NCBI GenBank assembly: GCA_944372675.1
Contig: CALVZW010000002.1
Location: 1 to 46,140, forward strand
Length of the DNA: 46,140 bases
Direction: 5' to 3'
Source of the DNA: an uncultured Clostridia bacterium
GTDB taxonomy: Bacteria > Bacillota > Clostridia > Christensenellales > UBA1242
Positions 9,380 through 22,400 of this stretch are shown piece after piece. The notes under the pieces are model-generated. The model saw only the letters and a program-made list of their open reading frames with translations, did no database searches and was not told the DNA's origin. Position 1 is the first letter of the stretch. Each line of letters opens with the position of its first letter. The position numbers and the translations under genes were made by a program.

Positions 9380-9751
9380 TTAATTTCCTTTTTTAGAACC
9401 GTACTTAGAACGAGATTGATTTCGTTTAGCAACACCAGCGGTATCTAGTGTGCCACGGATGATGTGATAACGAACACCAATCAAGTCTTTAACTCTTCCA
9501 CCACGAACCAAAACAACACTGTGTTCTTGAAGATTGTGTCCGATTCCAGGAATGTAAACAGTTGCTTCTGATTTGTTGCTAAGTCTAACTTTTGCAACCT
9601 TACGCATAGCTGAGTTTGGTTTTTTAGGTGTAATTGTCTTGACTTCAACGCAAATACCTCTCTTTTGAGGGCACTTATCAAGTAAAGGTGATTTTGACTT
9701 ATTTTCAACCTTTTTGCGTCCCTTTCTTACCAATTGATTAATGGTAGGCAT
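9380..9751 (-). CDS. rpsL: 30S ribosomal protein S12.
   Basis: [12 protein letters not shown]...[26 protein letters not shown]. First gene of the str operon. Confidence 0.97.
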   Translation of the reverse strand: MPTINQLVRKGRKKVENKSKSPLLDKCPQKRGICVEVKTITPKKPNSAMRKVAKVRLSNKSEATVYIPGIGHNLQEHSVVLVRGGRVKDLIGVRYHIIRGTLDTAGVAKRNQSRSKYGSKKGN

Positions 9752-9810
9752 TTTCTACGACCTCCTATATTACTTATTTAAATATAACGAAAACATAAAA
9801 TTCTCAAATT

Positions 9811-9838
9811 ATATTACAGCCCTAAACAGCAAAGTCAA
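9811..9838 (-). promoter_or_regulatory. Candidate proximal promoter for the rpsL operon.
   Basis: On the minus strand: TTGACT (9838-9833), a 16-nt spacer, then TAATAT (9816-9811), about 60 nt upstream of the rpsL ATG. Confidence 0.4.
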
Positions 9839-10099
9839 AATTTCACTAAAAAGAAAAATTGTTTAACTGTTATTTGACACTCATTGTTAATTCCCTGCTT
9901 TTAAATTTTTATAAAATTTTACAAAAATAAATAATATCTGTAAAAAATACTTTCATAAAAACTTAAATTTTAAATTAATAATTTATATGAAAAATCAAAC
10001 TTTTTCGACTAACAAATTTAATTCCATATAAATTCAATGAAGTATAGACAACCTATTAGAAAATAAATTGTCTATAACCAAATGTCATAGACTGTGTAA

Positions 10100-10128
10100 A
10101 TTTTACCATAATTGAATATTTATGTCAA
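10100..10128 (-). promoter_or_regulatory. Candidate distal promoter upstream of rpsL.
   Basis: On the minus strand: TTGACA (10128-10123), a 17-nt spacer ending in TGG (extended -10), then TAAAAT (10105-10100). It would give a leader of about 340 nt. Confidence 0.4.
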
Positions 10129-10408
10129 GTAATTTATCAAAAATGGTTTATATAAATTTTAAATAATTAAAAAATTATAAAAAAAAGTGATTTCATTTTA
10201 TAAATACTTAACATAAGTACTTAAATGAATATCACTTTATATAAATTTTTTTGTTATTTATAACCTTTATAATGTAAAAATTTGTTTTTAATTTAAATAG
10301 CGAACGGATTGTTCTTTAAATATTCTTCAATATCAACATCATTTAAGGCAATGTCGTCTAATTCTTTTTTCAAAACTTTTGAATCTATTGATTAAAATAT
10401 TTTTGTTT

Positions 10409-13400
10409 TTAACTAATTATGTTATATCCATTGAAGATACCATCACGACCACCAGTAAATCCTAAGCCATAGTTAGATGTATCGTCAATTGCGGATGTAT
10501 AACCTTGTTTATTAATGTTTTTATAGACTGTAAAGTTTCTTATGTAAGTTTGGCTATAACCAACAATACAACCTGCGTGAATTGTTCTACTGCCGTTATC
10601 AGCACTAACATTAATACTTGTATAAACATCACAACTATCAAAGTAATATGCTAAATCCATTTCACCATATCCTAAGAAACCACCAACATAAGTTTCATTT
10701 ACCGTATCATTGTTGTAAATATTTATTACATTTACAGTTCCAGATGAAGCAAAATTACTATCTTTAACCGCACAATTACTAATTGTTCCTTTTCCACCTG
10801 CTGTACGATAACCTACAAATCCACCTACATTACGATAAACTGAACTATAGATACTTGCTCCGCTAGCATTTGCACGAATTGTTAAATTTTCAACATAACA
10901 ATCTTTGTTACTTTCAGATGCACCTTTAATACTTCCTGCTTTCATATTTCCAACATACCCACCTAGATTAATATATTGTGAAGCACTTGTAGTGTTACCC
11001 AATCTAAAATCAATTCCTTGTATGTTAGTTGAAGTAATAGTACCGCTATTAATACCAACAAGTCCACCTATTGATAATGGCGATTGCACTGCCCCTGAAG
11101 AAACTGTACATTCTTCATAAATTACAGTTGCGTTAATCACGCTTACACTTGAAATTTTACCATTGTTCGTACCAACAACTGCACCAACACCAGCACCGCC
11201 ACTTGTTCCACCTGTAAAGTTGGAATCAAACTCAATGATAGGATTACTAAATTTAATGTTTTGTAAACTACCGTTTGACGAGATAGTGTTAATAAATCCG
11301 TAGTTAGAATCGGTGATTACAGTGTTCATATTATAAATTGTCATATTAGCACCGTGCAATGTACCATTAAGTACATTAATGAAATTGTTTGCAATATTTG
11401 TGCTAACGGTGTTTGTAAAGCAATAAATATCGTTTATTAAACTATATACAAATGTTTTATCGCTAGAAACATCATATAAGTAGTTAATTAACTCAAATCC
11501 GCTTTGGTTTGTAATTTGGTAAGGTAGCGAACTTGTACCATTACCCTTGTTATCAATTTGTGGAACAGTGTTATTTGCATATTTTAAATATGGATAACCG
11601 TAGTTAATTAATTCAACCCTTGAACTATTTTCCTTATTTGCGTAATCACTTGCAAATGAGCCCCAAACATTTGAATCAAAGTACCCAAGTCCTCCGTTAT
11701 TTAAAATGTCGCTTAATGTTATGTTATTTATTGTTTGATTTTCTGTATTTTTATTTGAATAAACTAATGTACCAAAATAGTCATTGTAAACAAATTCAAT
11801 ACTAACATCATCAAGTATATCATTCATAACATCGCCACCATAAACTGCGCCATATGCCGTAACATTTGCTGAGTTTAGATAGTTAATTCTTCCATAAACA
11901 TAACTTTCACGCAAGTTACCGCTTTGAAGATATCCGACTAAACCACCAACTAAACTTGCATTTGAACCTGTTACTTGACATAGTGTCAATGTTCCGCTTG
12001 CAAAACTATTTGTAATTTGTGCAAATATCTTATCATCCACACTATTACTGTGTCCTGCTATTCCGCCAACATTTATTAGTTGAGCAACTGCAGTATCACT
12101 TTGTTCTATTGAAACATTGCTTGAACTAAAACCAATATAACCAAAGTTTGCTCCAGCAATTCCGCCAATATTTGTCATATTGGCAGTTGAGCCCGCAACT
12201 GTTGAACTATTAAATGAAATTAAACCGTTAGTAGAAACATAAGATATTGTACCGTAGTTTGTATTTGCAACTACACCAAAATTACCTGATTGCGACAATG
12301 TTATTGCAACATTTTGTTGATTTTCATTTTGCGACAATTGTAAATTAATGTTATTGACAATCGCCGTTTCTGTTAAATTATTAAATAATGGTTTACTCAA
12401 GTTTTCAATAATAAATCCTGAGCCGTCAAACACACCTGCAAAGTTTTCGCGTGTTTGTGAATTTGTTACTCGAATGTTTTTAGTTAAAACATAGTACTCA
12501 TTTAATCCATTACTTGGTGATTGACAGAATTCAAGTAAATCTTCTTCATTTGTAATTAGATTTGGCTTGTAAACTGTACCATCATTTGTCTTAATGCCCA
12601 TACCACTCTTTCTTGCCCAATCAAGCAAAGGCAAAGTGTTTGTTTCATTAGCCCAAGTACTGCGTCCGTTAAATAAGTTTTGACTAATTAATTCATAGTA
12701 AGAAATTGCTTTTGCAGTTGCATCGTGCATTACAGGAACTTGCGTATCAATGTATGGAGCATTGGTTTGAGCAAAGCCTAAAACATAATAGCAGTTATTG
12801 AAAACTTTGTTACTTAATGGTGTACTACCAATGAAACTATGACTATTTGTTAAATTGCTAATAGTATCTCCATATACTCTAACTACACAAGCAGTGTATG
12901 AATAGTTAATAGATGGCTCAATGTTTACCATTTCAAGTCTACCTATTAAACCGCCAACACTTAAACCAATTTTTGAGTTAGTTGGTGGATTTATCAACTT
13001 CGTTTTGCTTACTAACTCACCAACACTATAGCAATCAGAAATACTTATTCTGCTAGCATATCCTACAAGACCGCCAATATATTCAATATTACTACTTGTA
13101 TATTTTTGCCCGTTAATATCCGTGTTTGTAACACCAACTACAGTAATATTACCGTCGCTATAACTTGATGAAACTGAAATATTTGCAGTATTGTTTGCTG
13201 AATTTAGTGAAGCACGACCAAGTACACCACCAATATTTAACGCATAAACACCATTTGTATTAATATTTGCTGTGTTGCGAGATTCCGCAATACTTGCTTG
13301 AATTGTACCCAATTCAGCATAACCAACAACCCCACCAATATAAGCAGTTGTGTTTTTAGTAGTTTGAACATCTACATTAATTTGTGCGTTATTTGTTCCT

Positions 13401-16400
13401 GTTACTTGCGAATTACCTTGTATTTCTCCAACAAGTCCGCCTAAGTAAATACTATTTGCACTAGCATCACTTGTTTGATTTGCACTTACTACATTGAGTA
13501 TACAATTATTTAACAATGAAGTCATAGTTGCTGATGCGCCTAAACCAACAATACCACCAACTGTAAATTGCTTTTTATATGTTGAATTCATTTGCAATTC
13601 AGCATTTGACACATTATTAGTTGCAACACTAATAATTGTTAATGAGTTTGCGTACCCAACAATACCACCAAATTTAATTTCGGTAAAATCATTTGTATAA
13701 TTTGTGTAAACAATTGAAACAGGTTTTAATGCGCTACCATAAGGGGCACTTTCTTCAGTTGAAGATAAAACTTTAACTTCACTTGTTCCAACATTTTGTA
13801 TTCTAGAAGCATTTGCATAGCCAGAAATCAATCCAACTACGCCGTTAGATGTTGTAACTTTAAATTGTTGATAAGCATTCTCGTTTTTGTAACTAATATA
13901 ACTAATGTTGTAATTAACATCTGCTATACCTGTTCCATCCATATAGCCTATAACTCCACCCACATAACTTGTTACTGCTGATAATGAATTAGCATAGTTT
14001 TGTAGTGAAACATTCATAGGTATTGAGCAGGTAATACTTGAGAAGTTACCGCCACTAGCATAACCAACAACTCCACCAATATAGTTACTTGGTATGTTAT
14101 CACCACCTTCAATAGTTAAACTACGATTGTAAGTAATGTTAATACCTTGAGTTGAAGTTACATCTAATGCCTTGTTAGTAACATTTATTTTAGTTAAATA
14201 AGAGCCTTCAATTCTGTTTGCAACTACCCCATAATAATAGTTGTCTTTAAGGTAAATATCGTCATTATTGTTAACAATATCGCCACCATCAAAAGTGTTG
14301 ATAACATTAAATGTCAAATTAGATATTGTTGCATTTCTACCAAAGTTAATAAATGGGTTTGCAATATTAATAATTGGTTGTCGAGTTGTGTTACCATCAA
14401 CAATGTCTTCACCTAAGAATTTTCCGCTAAATGGTATTGCTTGACTTCCTAAACTTTCCCAATTACCCTTTAAATGCCCATATAAATCGCCATAATTTAC
14501 AGTTTGACTATATAAGTTAATATCACATCTAATTATGTAAGTAGCATTTGGTGCTTCGGCTAACAACTCAAGCAAATTATTACGGTTTTCTTCAGTAATA
14601 ATAATTTCAGATGCTTGTGTTGTTATGTTTAGCAATGGGAAAACGCTTGTTTCAATTGTCCAATCTTCAGAACTGTAGTTACTAAATATTGTACTTCTGT
14701 TTTGATATAAAGTATTGTAACTAGCACTACCAAATGTTTCATCATTCTTTGTGCTAAACCAACCATAAGTTGTTTCTACATCATCTTCAACTAACTTAAA
14801 CAAGTTAAGATTTGCAAATTGTATTAGATATTCGCTTTCTTCAGTTGTCATTTTATCATATTCTGACGAACCAAAGTATTCTAAGTTCAATGTAGTTGTA
14901 CCCGCAGTATTTAATGGCAATTTGTAAATAGCATAGTTTGTATTATTTGAACCCACATATTCAAAAATTTGTGAAATTTTTGTAGCATTTACAAAACCTG
15001 CCAAAGCACCTGCTGTAACACTTTTATTATTGATTAATTGCGCAGTTGCAATGGTAAAGTTATTAGCAAGCACAATGTTAGTAAATTCAGAAATCGTCTT
15101 GTAAGTAATTTCACCATTTTCATCAACTACTGTATATTTATCCATATAACCAATCATACCACCAAATGCAACACTTGATTGTACATTTCCGGTTGTATAA
15201 ATTGAATTATAACTTCCGCCTTTTGAATACCCTATAACACCACCAGCATATTTAGCGCTTGCGTTTACAACATTAATTCTAGAATATGAATCTTCTATAT
15301 TACCATCAATGTTAGAGCCAACTAAACCGCCAATGTAATTGCTAGGACCTATGAACAAGTCAGTTTTACCACCTGCAATGCCTTGTGTCAAAGCATCAAC
15401 AGCATTTAGGTCATCGCCTTCATAACTTATTCTTGCTTTTTCAATACTGCTGTAATTTACACCAACTATTCCGCCAACAGCATCATCGCCCGATAGTTCT
15501 TGTCCTTTAGTTTGACTAGCATTTATGCTAACTACAAAATTTAAGTCATACAAATCGCCATAGTTGACACCAACTACACCGCCTGTTCTTTCAGCACCTA
15601 TTGAAACTTTGCCGTGAACTTTTAATGTTCTGATTGTTTGATTATCCCCTTCATTTGAAATAACTGCACCAATTATACCACCTGCATAGGAAGTATTACC
15701 AAACATAAGTTTAATTGTAGTTTGCGATGTTTTTAACATTACTTCGCCAGTTCCAGCGGTATCAGTGCTACCCACAATGTAGTTAAGGTCTGTATATGAA
15801 GATGCGTTTTCGCCTTTTCTAAATGTGGCTCTAACACCAATATTACTTGAAACTGATTGAATTTCACTTCCACCAACTACAACACCAACTAAACCACCAG
15901 CAATGTTTTTACCTTGTACGAAACTACCTTCCGACTCAACCGTTATGCCTAACAACACCGAGTCAATAGCCGTACCAGCCAATGCTCCAACAATAGGAAT
16001 TTCTGTTGCTGATACTGAATTGAATTGCAATCTTAAATTCTTAATTACTGCCCCTTCCAATCTTTCAAACAAACCAAATTCGATTTGATTTGCATCAGCA
16101 CTTCTTTCACCTGTAACAGTTATGTTGTTTAATAACATATTATTACCTTCCAGTACTGCACTAAATATTACTTTACTTGAATTAAGTCCTGTAACAGTTT
16201 CCGAAGTTTGAGCAAAATTAAGGTCATTAACTATTCTAACATATTTTGTTGTAAGACTTTCGCCCTCAACTGTATCATCAAGATTTACAATGTTTGTACC
16301 AAATCTTTCAAGTAATCTTCCGTTTTCCGTCATTAAATTGTTAAATTTAACTGCGGTATTTATTATGTAAGGGTTAATTTCTGAGCCCAATTCATAGCCT

Positions 16401-19400
16401 ATCATATAAGCATAAACTTTAGGTTCGTTCATTGTTTCTTCCTGACTTGTAGCGTCAAGGAAGTTAGATAATTCTCTTTGTGAAACTGCAATTTGATTTG
16501 CCGAATTTAAGTAAGGCAAAGTGTACCCATCTAAAGTCCAAATACCGTAATCTTTTAACTTTGTATTGTTTACAAAAGCAAATCCCACATATTCGCTTAT
16601 TTGCGATTGATTTTCCTTGTTAATTGCAATTGCAGGTTCATCGGCAAATACTACTGTTGAATTTTCTTTAATGTAATATGAATAATTAATTTGCCCTTCA
16701 TTTTGAATTTCGTTAAAGTCATTTACACCAGTAAATGGTCTAAATGAAGCATTATCGTCGGTAACTCCGTCCGCTAATAATACAATACAATTTGTATAAC
16801 AATATTCAATAATTGCGCCGTCTCCATTACTATTAACAAAGCCTGCTGAATTACTTGGACTTCTTATTACAAACGAAGCATAACTATTATTAATTGTTCC
16901 GTCATTGTTAAGTACAAATCCAGCAACACTTCCTTGCGATTTCAAGTTTGCATAATCATCACCTTCAATGGCTCTACCCTCAGCATAACTACCGCTAATT
17001 GAACCACCATTTAATGCAACAAAACCTGATGTTGAACTTACACTTGCAATAACCGCATTGTTATTAATTGTAACATTTTTTACATAACTTGAACTAATGC
17101 TGTTTGTATTCATAGCAACAAAGCCAGCAACTATGCCGTTTGCAGTTAAATCAATGTTACCACCAACCCAGTAGTTACCCAATCCTGAACCCATTATTCC
17201 TGTTGGTCTTGACCCAATACTATCCGTATTTCGTCCAACTCTTGAATGTGTTATGTATCCAGAGTTTTGTCCAACAAACAAGCCAATGTAATTGTTTGTA
17301 TAAGTTGAATTAATAATAAGACTTGTTTCAATTATCATTGTTGAATTGTTAGGATTTCCTGTTATGGTAGTTTCATTTCCGCTAGTTGTTCCCATTTCAA
17401 CAATGTTTACAACATCGCAGTTTGTAATTGTACCAGCATTTGTACCCGCAAAAAATCCAAAGTTAACTTGACTAATATTTTTTAAATTTAAAGTATTGTT
17501 TAAAAATCCATTAACATTTAAAACTACATTTTTAATTAAAGTTGAAGATGAAACTGTTGCAAATAACCCTACATTTAATGTACTTTGTTGAGTATCTAGT
17601 ATTAAATTATTTAAGTTAATTACAAAACCGTTACCATCTAATGAAGCAAAATTTGCATCCATAGGTGTGTAGTTATCAAGTGTAATATCTCGCATCAAAA
17701 TGTAATGCGCCCCTGCTTCCATTGCTTCAAATTCTGCTTGCGAGTAAATTGGTAATGGCACTTCTTCAGTTGTGGTGTTATTGACATTTACATAACAAGT
17801 CATTGTTTTATCAATAATCACTTTGTTAGTTGTTGGGTCAGTAGCCTTGTTGATAAGTATTGGTTGATACAATCCATCAACAAAATCGTAATAATATGAT
17901 ACATTCAAAGTTATTACATCTGCTGTACTAACTCGTATTCCATAAACTGAATAGTACCCGCCCTTTAAACTGTAGTTGTAACTGTAATAATTTGTTGACC
18001 CGCTTAAACTATCAAATGACTGAGTACCTGTGTACCAAACTGGAACATCACCAGCACTTACATCGTGTTGTCTAGAAATTAACAATTCAAATTCTTCAAT
18101 TTTATTCTTAATTTCTTCGCTAGATTGTGAATAAACTGCAATTATTTTTGCTCTTAAAGTTGTTGCATAGTTTAAATCGATATCAAGAATGTTAGTATTA
18201 TTCTGTGTTCTATATCCATCAATAGCAACACCCGTTATTATGTAGTCAACCACTGTTAAAGTAATTTCATCTGTTACAACAATGCGGACATTGTCAACTA
18301 TTGTATCAAGTTGAACTCTAATTTTAAACTGTGTTCCTGCAATTAAATTAATATTAGTTGTGAGTTGTGCAGTTATACTTCCACTATATTTATTAGCAAA
18401 TTGAGTTTGATTTGCATTGAAAACTACATAAGTTGGGTCAATTTCGCCATCAACTGATAAAGTTAAGTTTCCAGCCATTGTGTTTACATTGATTGGGAAA
18501 TTCAATGTTGTTCCACGAGCAACTTGTCCGTTGTAATTTTCGTTATAGTTTATTGTTACACTTGGACTAAATTGTGTATATAGTGTTTTTGTTTGTCTAA
18601 ATACTTCTTGCCCATCTTTATAGGCTACTATATTTAATACAAATGGTAAATTTTCTGGCATATTTGATTTAATTAATGTTGATACATACAAATTGCCATC
18701 AAATTTATATCCTTCATAATCTTTGTATGATGCTAAACTTAATTTAATTCCGTTTTCTATAATTTCAGCATCTGGATAAATTCTTTCTAACTGACCATTG
18801 TTATATACTTTTTGTAAGAAAGAAATATTCTCACCATTAACTGGTGCACAGGTTAAATGTAGATAATCAATTTGGCTAAAACTTGGATAAACATTTATTT
18901 TTAATAGTCCCTCAATTCCACTTGATATCTTATCAGTTGCCACTTCGTCTTCACGAAGGTCTCCGTCTGCAAAGTGTAAAACTGATATTCTTTCAACCGT
19001 TTGCGGTATTACAATTAATTCAAAGTTTTTAGTAAATTTATCGCTTAAATTAAACTCAACATCAAATATTTTTTCTTCTTTAATGTTTTGTAGCATTGTT
19101 GTAGGTTCAAATTCAAATGTCATTAGTAGTTCATTTGACTGTTCATTGAATACAAATTCAATTAAGTCTAAGTTAAACATTGCATTATTTGAATTACTTG
19201 TTCTTTCAACAACAATATTATCCAAATTAGGCTCAAAGCCTTCTAAAATTGATATGCTAAATGAATCAATAACTGTTTCATCACTTTTAATTTCAACATT
19301 ACTAATTATTTCAGTGTTTAAATCGGTTGTAATTATTGTAGTTACTTGTGCTTTTTGACTTGGTGTAATATTTGATTGATTTTTATCTAATTCAAGGTTG

Positions 19401-22400
19401 GTTGCCCCGTTAAATATTGTTAAATTAAAACTTTTTTCTGTCCAAGGCAATAACACTTTTACTATTTCACCGTCAAAATTTGCATTAATATAAGCAATTT
19501 CATAAATAACAGCATTTTCGATTACTTGATTTGCCGTTATATTTTTTGCAAAGTTGTAATCAACAAATGAATAATCCACATTTTCAATTTGTTCGTTTTC
19601 ACTGTAATCAAATGAAGCATAAGTATATAACTCTTTATATGCTATACCAAATTTTTCACCAACTATATTTTGACCGTTTTCAAATGTGTATCGAATTTCT
19701 TTTGATGTATTTAAGAGCATTTCCATTGTTCCATCAGTGTTATCACTAAATGAATTTAACCCATTTGTTACATACAATTCTAAATAATCATACACATCTT
19801 CGTTTAATTGTGAAGATATTTTTATTTTACAATAGCCTTCACCAATAACAATTAAGTTCCCGCCGTCAATTTTAACTACATCAAGCCCGCTTTCAATAGT
19901 TGCTTTAACTCTTACTATTCTATTTGTCAAAGGTGAAACTTCAAGACTAATTAAATCGTTTAACGAAATTGAATAATCACTAGCATTATCTGCTTTTGAT
20001 TTTTGACTAAATAATACTGCTCGATTATCGTTTATTTTTATATGGCTATTATCTACACTTTCATTAACAATCACTTTTAAACTTGTTGGTGCAACTGTAA
20101 TAAATTCGCTATCACCATAAATTAAATATGGATATCCTTGATTTACATTTGATGACATCCTAAATGTTGCAAGGAAGTCCCAACCAACAAAAGTTATTTC
20201 GTTTTGTAATTCAGCACTTGTTTTGCCTACTGCAACATTTACTGATGAAGTTTCAGATAAGTAATAAGAACTTGTAGCAAGTGTTGCCGATTGACTTTGC
20301 CCTACGAACGAATCTAAGTTACTTACTGAATAAGTGTTTGTTATTGTGCAACCATTACCTAAGTATCCAATAAATCCACCTAAAACTGTTGTGTTACTAT
20401 CATCTAACAAATATAAATCGGTTATTGAATAACTATTTTGAATATTTACACTTTCCGCCTTACCAATTAAACCACCAGCATATTTGCTATCATCGTTTAG
20501 TGCACTTGAAACGCCAATTTTTGTACTAGCCTGACTGCGTGCAACTATTGCACCACTCGTAGCATAACCAATAAGTCCACCAACATTTGAACTACCTACA
20601 ACTGCATACAAGTTTTCGCTAGTTATGAACGAAGTTGAAGAACCATAGTTTAATTTTCCACCCTGCATCAAACCAATTAATCCGCCAACATTACTTGAAC
20701 CATTGACAAAAGATGAACCGTCTTGATAACTTTCAAATATTGCAACTGAAACTTGCCCAGAGTTTGTCCCTACAACACCACCGACATTATCTCCACCAGT
20801 AACCGCACTTCTTGAAAAGACATCACTAACTTCCGCTAAGTTATTTCCAACAACTCCACCGACATTTTGACTCTTAACATCACTTTCATTTGTGCTACTA
20901 ACTGTTGCATAAGCCGATACTTTTTGTACTTGTCCATAGTTAATTCCAACTATGCCACCTACCGCCATATTATTAATGTTTTGTGCAACACCAACATTTA
21001 TGTTAAACAACAAGTCATTATCTTGTCCGTTAAATGAGAATACAAATTCGTTATCTTCTCCAACAATATCGTTAGCAAACGCATAATTGCCAATAATTGT
21101 GTTATTTTCATTTAATATACCAACAAATCCGCCAATGTAACTTTCGCTTGATATGTTATTTATGTTAATAACTCCTCCACCAATCATCTTACTGCTATCA
21201 ATTACACTAGATATTGCTGTTTGCTCAGTTTGCCCATTTTGATTAACAAATTCATAAGTATTAGTGCTAACAACCGAAGCAAATCCACCAAAATTAATTT
21301 TTGCTTGTGAATTGTTGTTTATGTAAGCACTATTTCGCATTACTATTTGGACATTTTCAATTGTTCCTTGTAGTTTTGCAGTTAAAAACCCTAAATTAAA
21401 TGTTGTGTTTGTATTGTAATCACCTACAATGTTTATGTTATATTCGCTAAATTCAATAACTAAATTGCTAAAACTTGGTATTGAATCAATTGGCGAAACA
21501 TCCGTATTTATTGAACCTTTTACAACACCAAACATCGCATAATTTATTTCACCGCTAACATTTTCAAATGTTTGATTTAACTTAACACCTATTATTTTTG
21601 AATCAACATAAACGCCTTCAGGATTATCCTCAGTTGGTTTAACTACATAATATCTACCATTTATTGAGCCAGTAAAAGGTGTTTCTTCACTTCCTAATGC
21701 ACTCAATTTTACATTAGACAAATCTATGCTTTGCACAATTACATAATGTGCATTTAACCCTGTTGAAATGTTTAAATAGTCTACTGCACTTGAAATTTGG
21801 TAAGGATTTTCAAGTGTTCCATCGGCAACATCAATCACAATTTCTTTATATCTTAATTGACTGCCTTCTGCTTGTAACCTTTGCAAATTCATCAACAATT
21901 CATTCATAGATAATGTGCCATCATTATCATTGTCATAATAAGATAGTTGATCGCGTGGAACAATAACCACTTTTGCTGAACCTGCTTTGAGTGGAGTTAC
22001 AACACCATCTTGTGAAACTTTGATAATTTCACTTGTAGGAGTTGATGTTGAAATTGTGTTATTTTCTAAATAATCGTAAGCAAAATAATAAACTCCGCCG
22101 TTAACTGCAGTGGCTGGTAATGTTGAAATTTTAATTTGTTGAGTGTTAGTTGTATCTTCGCCAGTACCTAAACCAGTTTTAAAGTACATATTGTAATATG
22201 TTTTACCATCAACAACTTGGCTATTTGTGTTGTAAACAACTATTTCATTAACCATTGTTGCTTTGTTAATAGTAACATTACAAATACTTCTATATTCTCT
22301 ATCAAATTCCTTTATTTCCGCAACAATACCTACCGTTGCTGTTGATAAATTGTTACCAATTTTACCAACAAATTTACCTTGTCCTTGTCCATAATAGAAC

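Noticed and set aside
10300-10392. A short minus-strand reading frame (SIDSKVLKKELDDIALNDVDIEEYLKNNPFAI) just after the giant gene.
   Set aside because: It has no ATG and begins right after an in-frame TAA. At best it would be a 26-aa TTG-initiated peptide, and it is probably a remnant or a chance frame.
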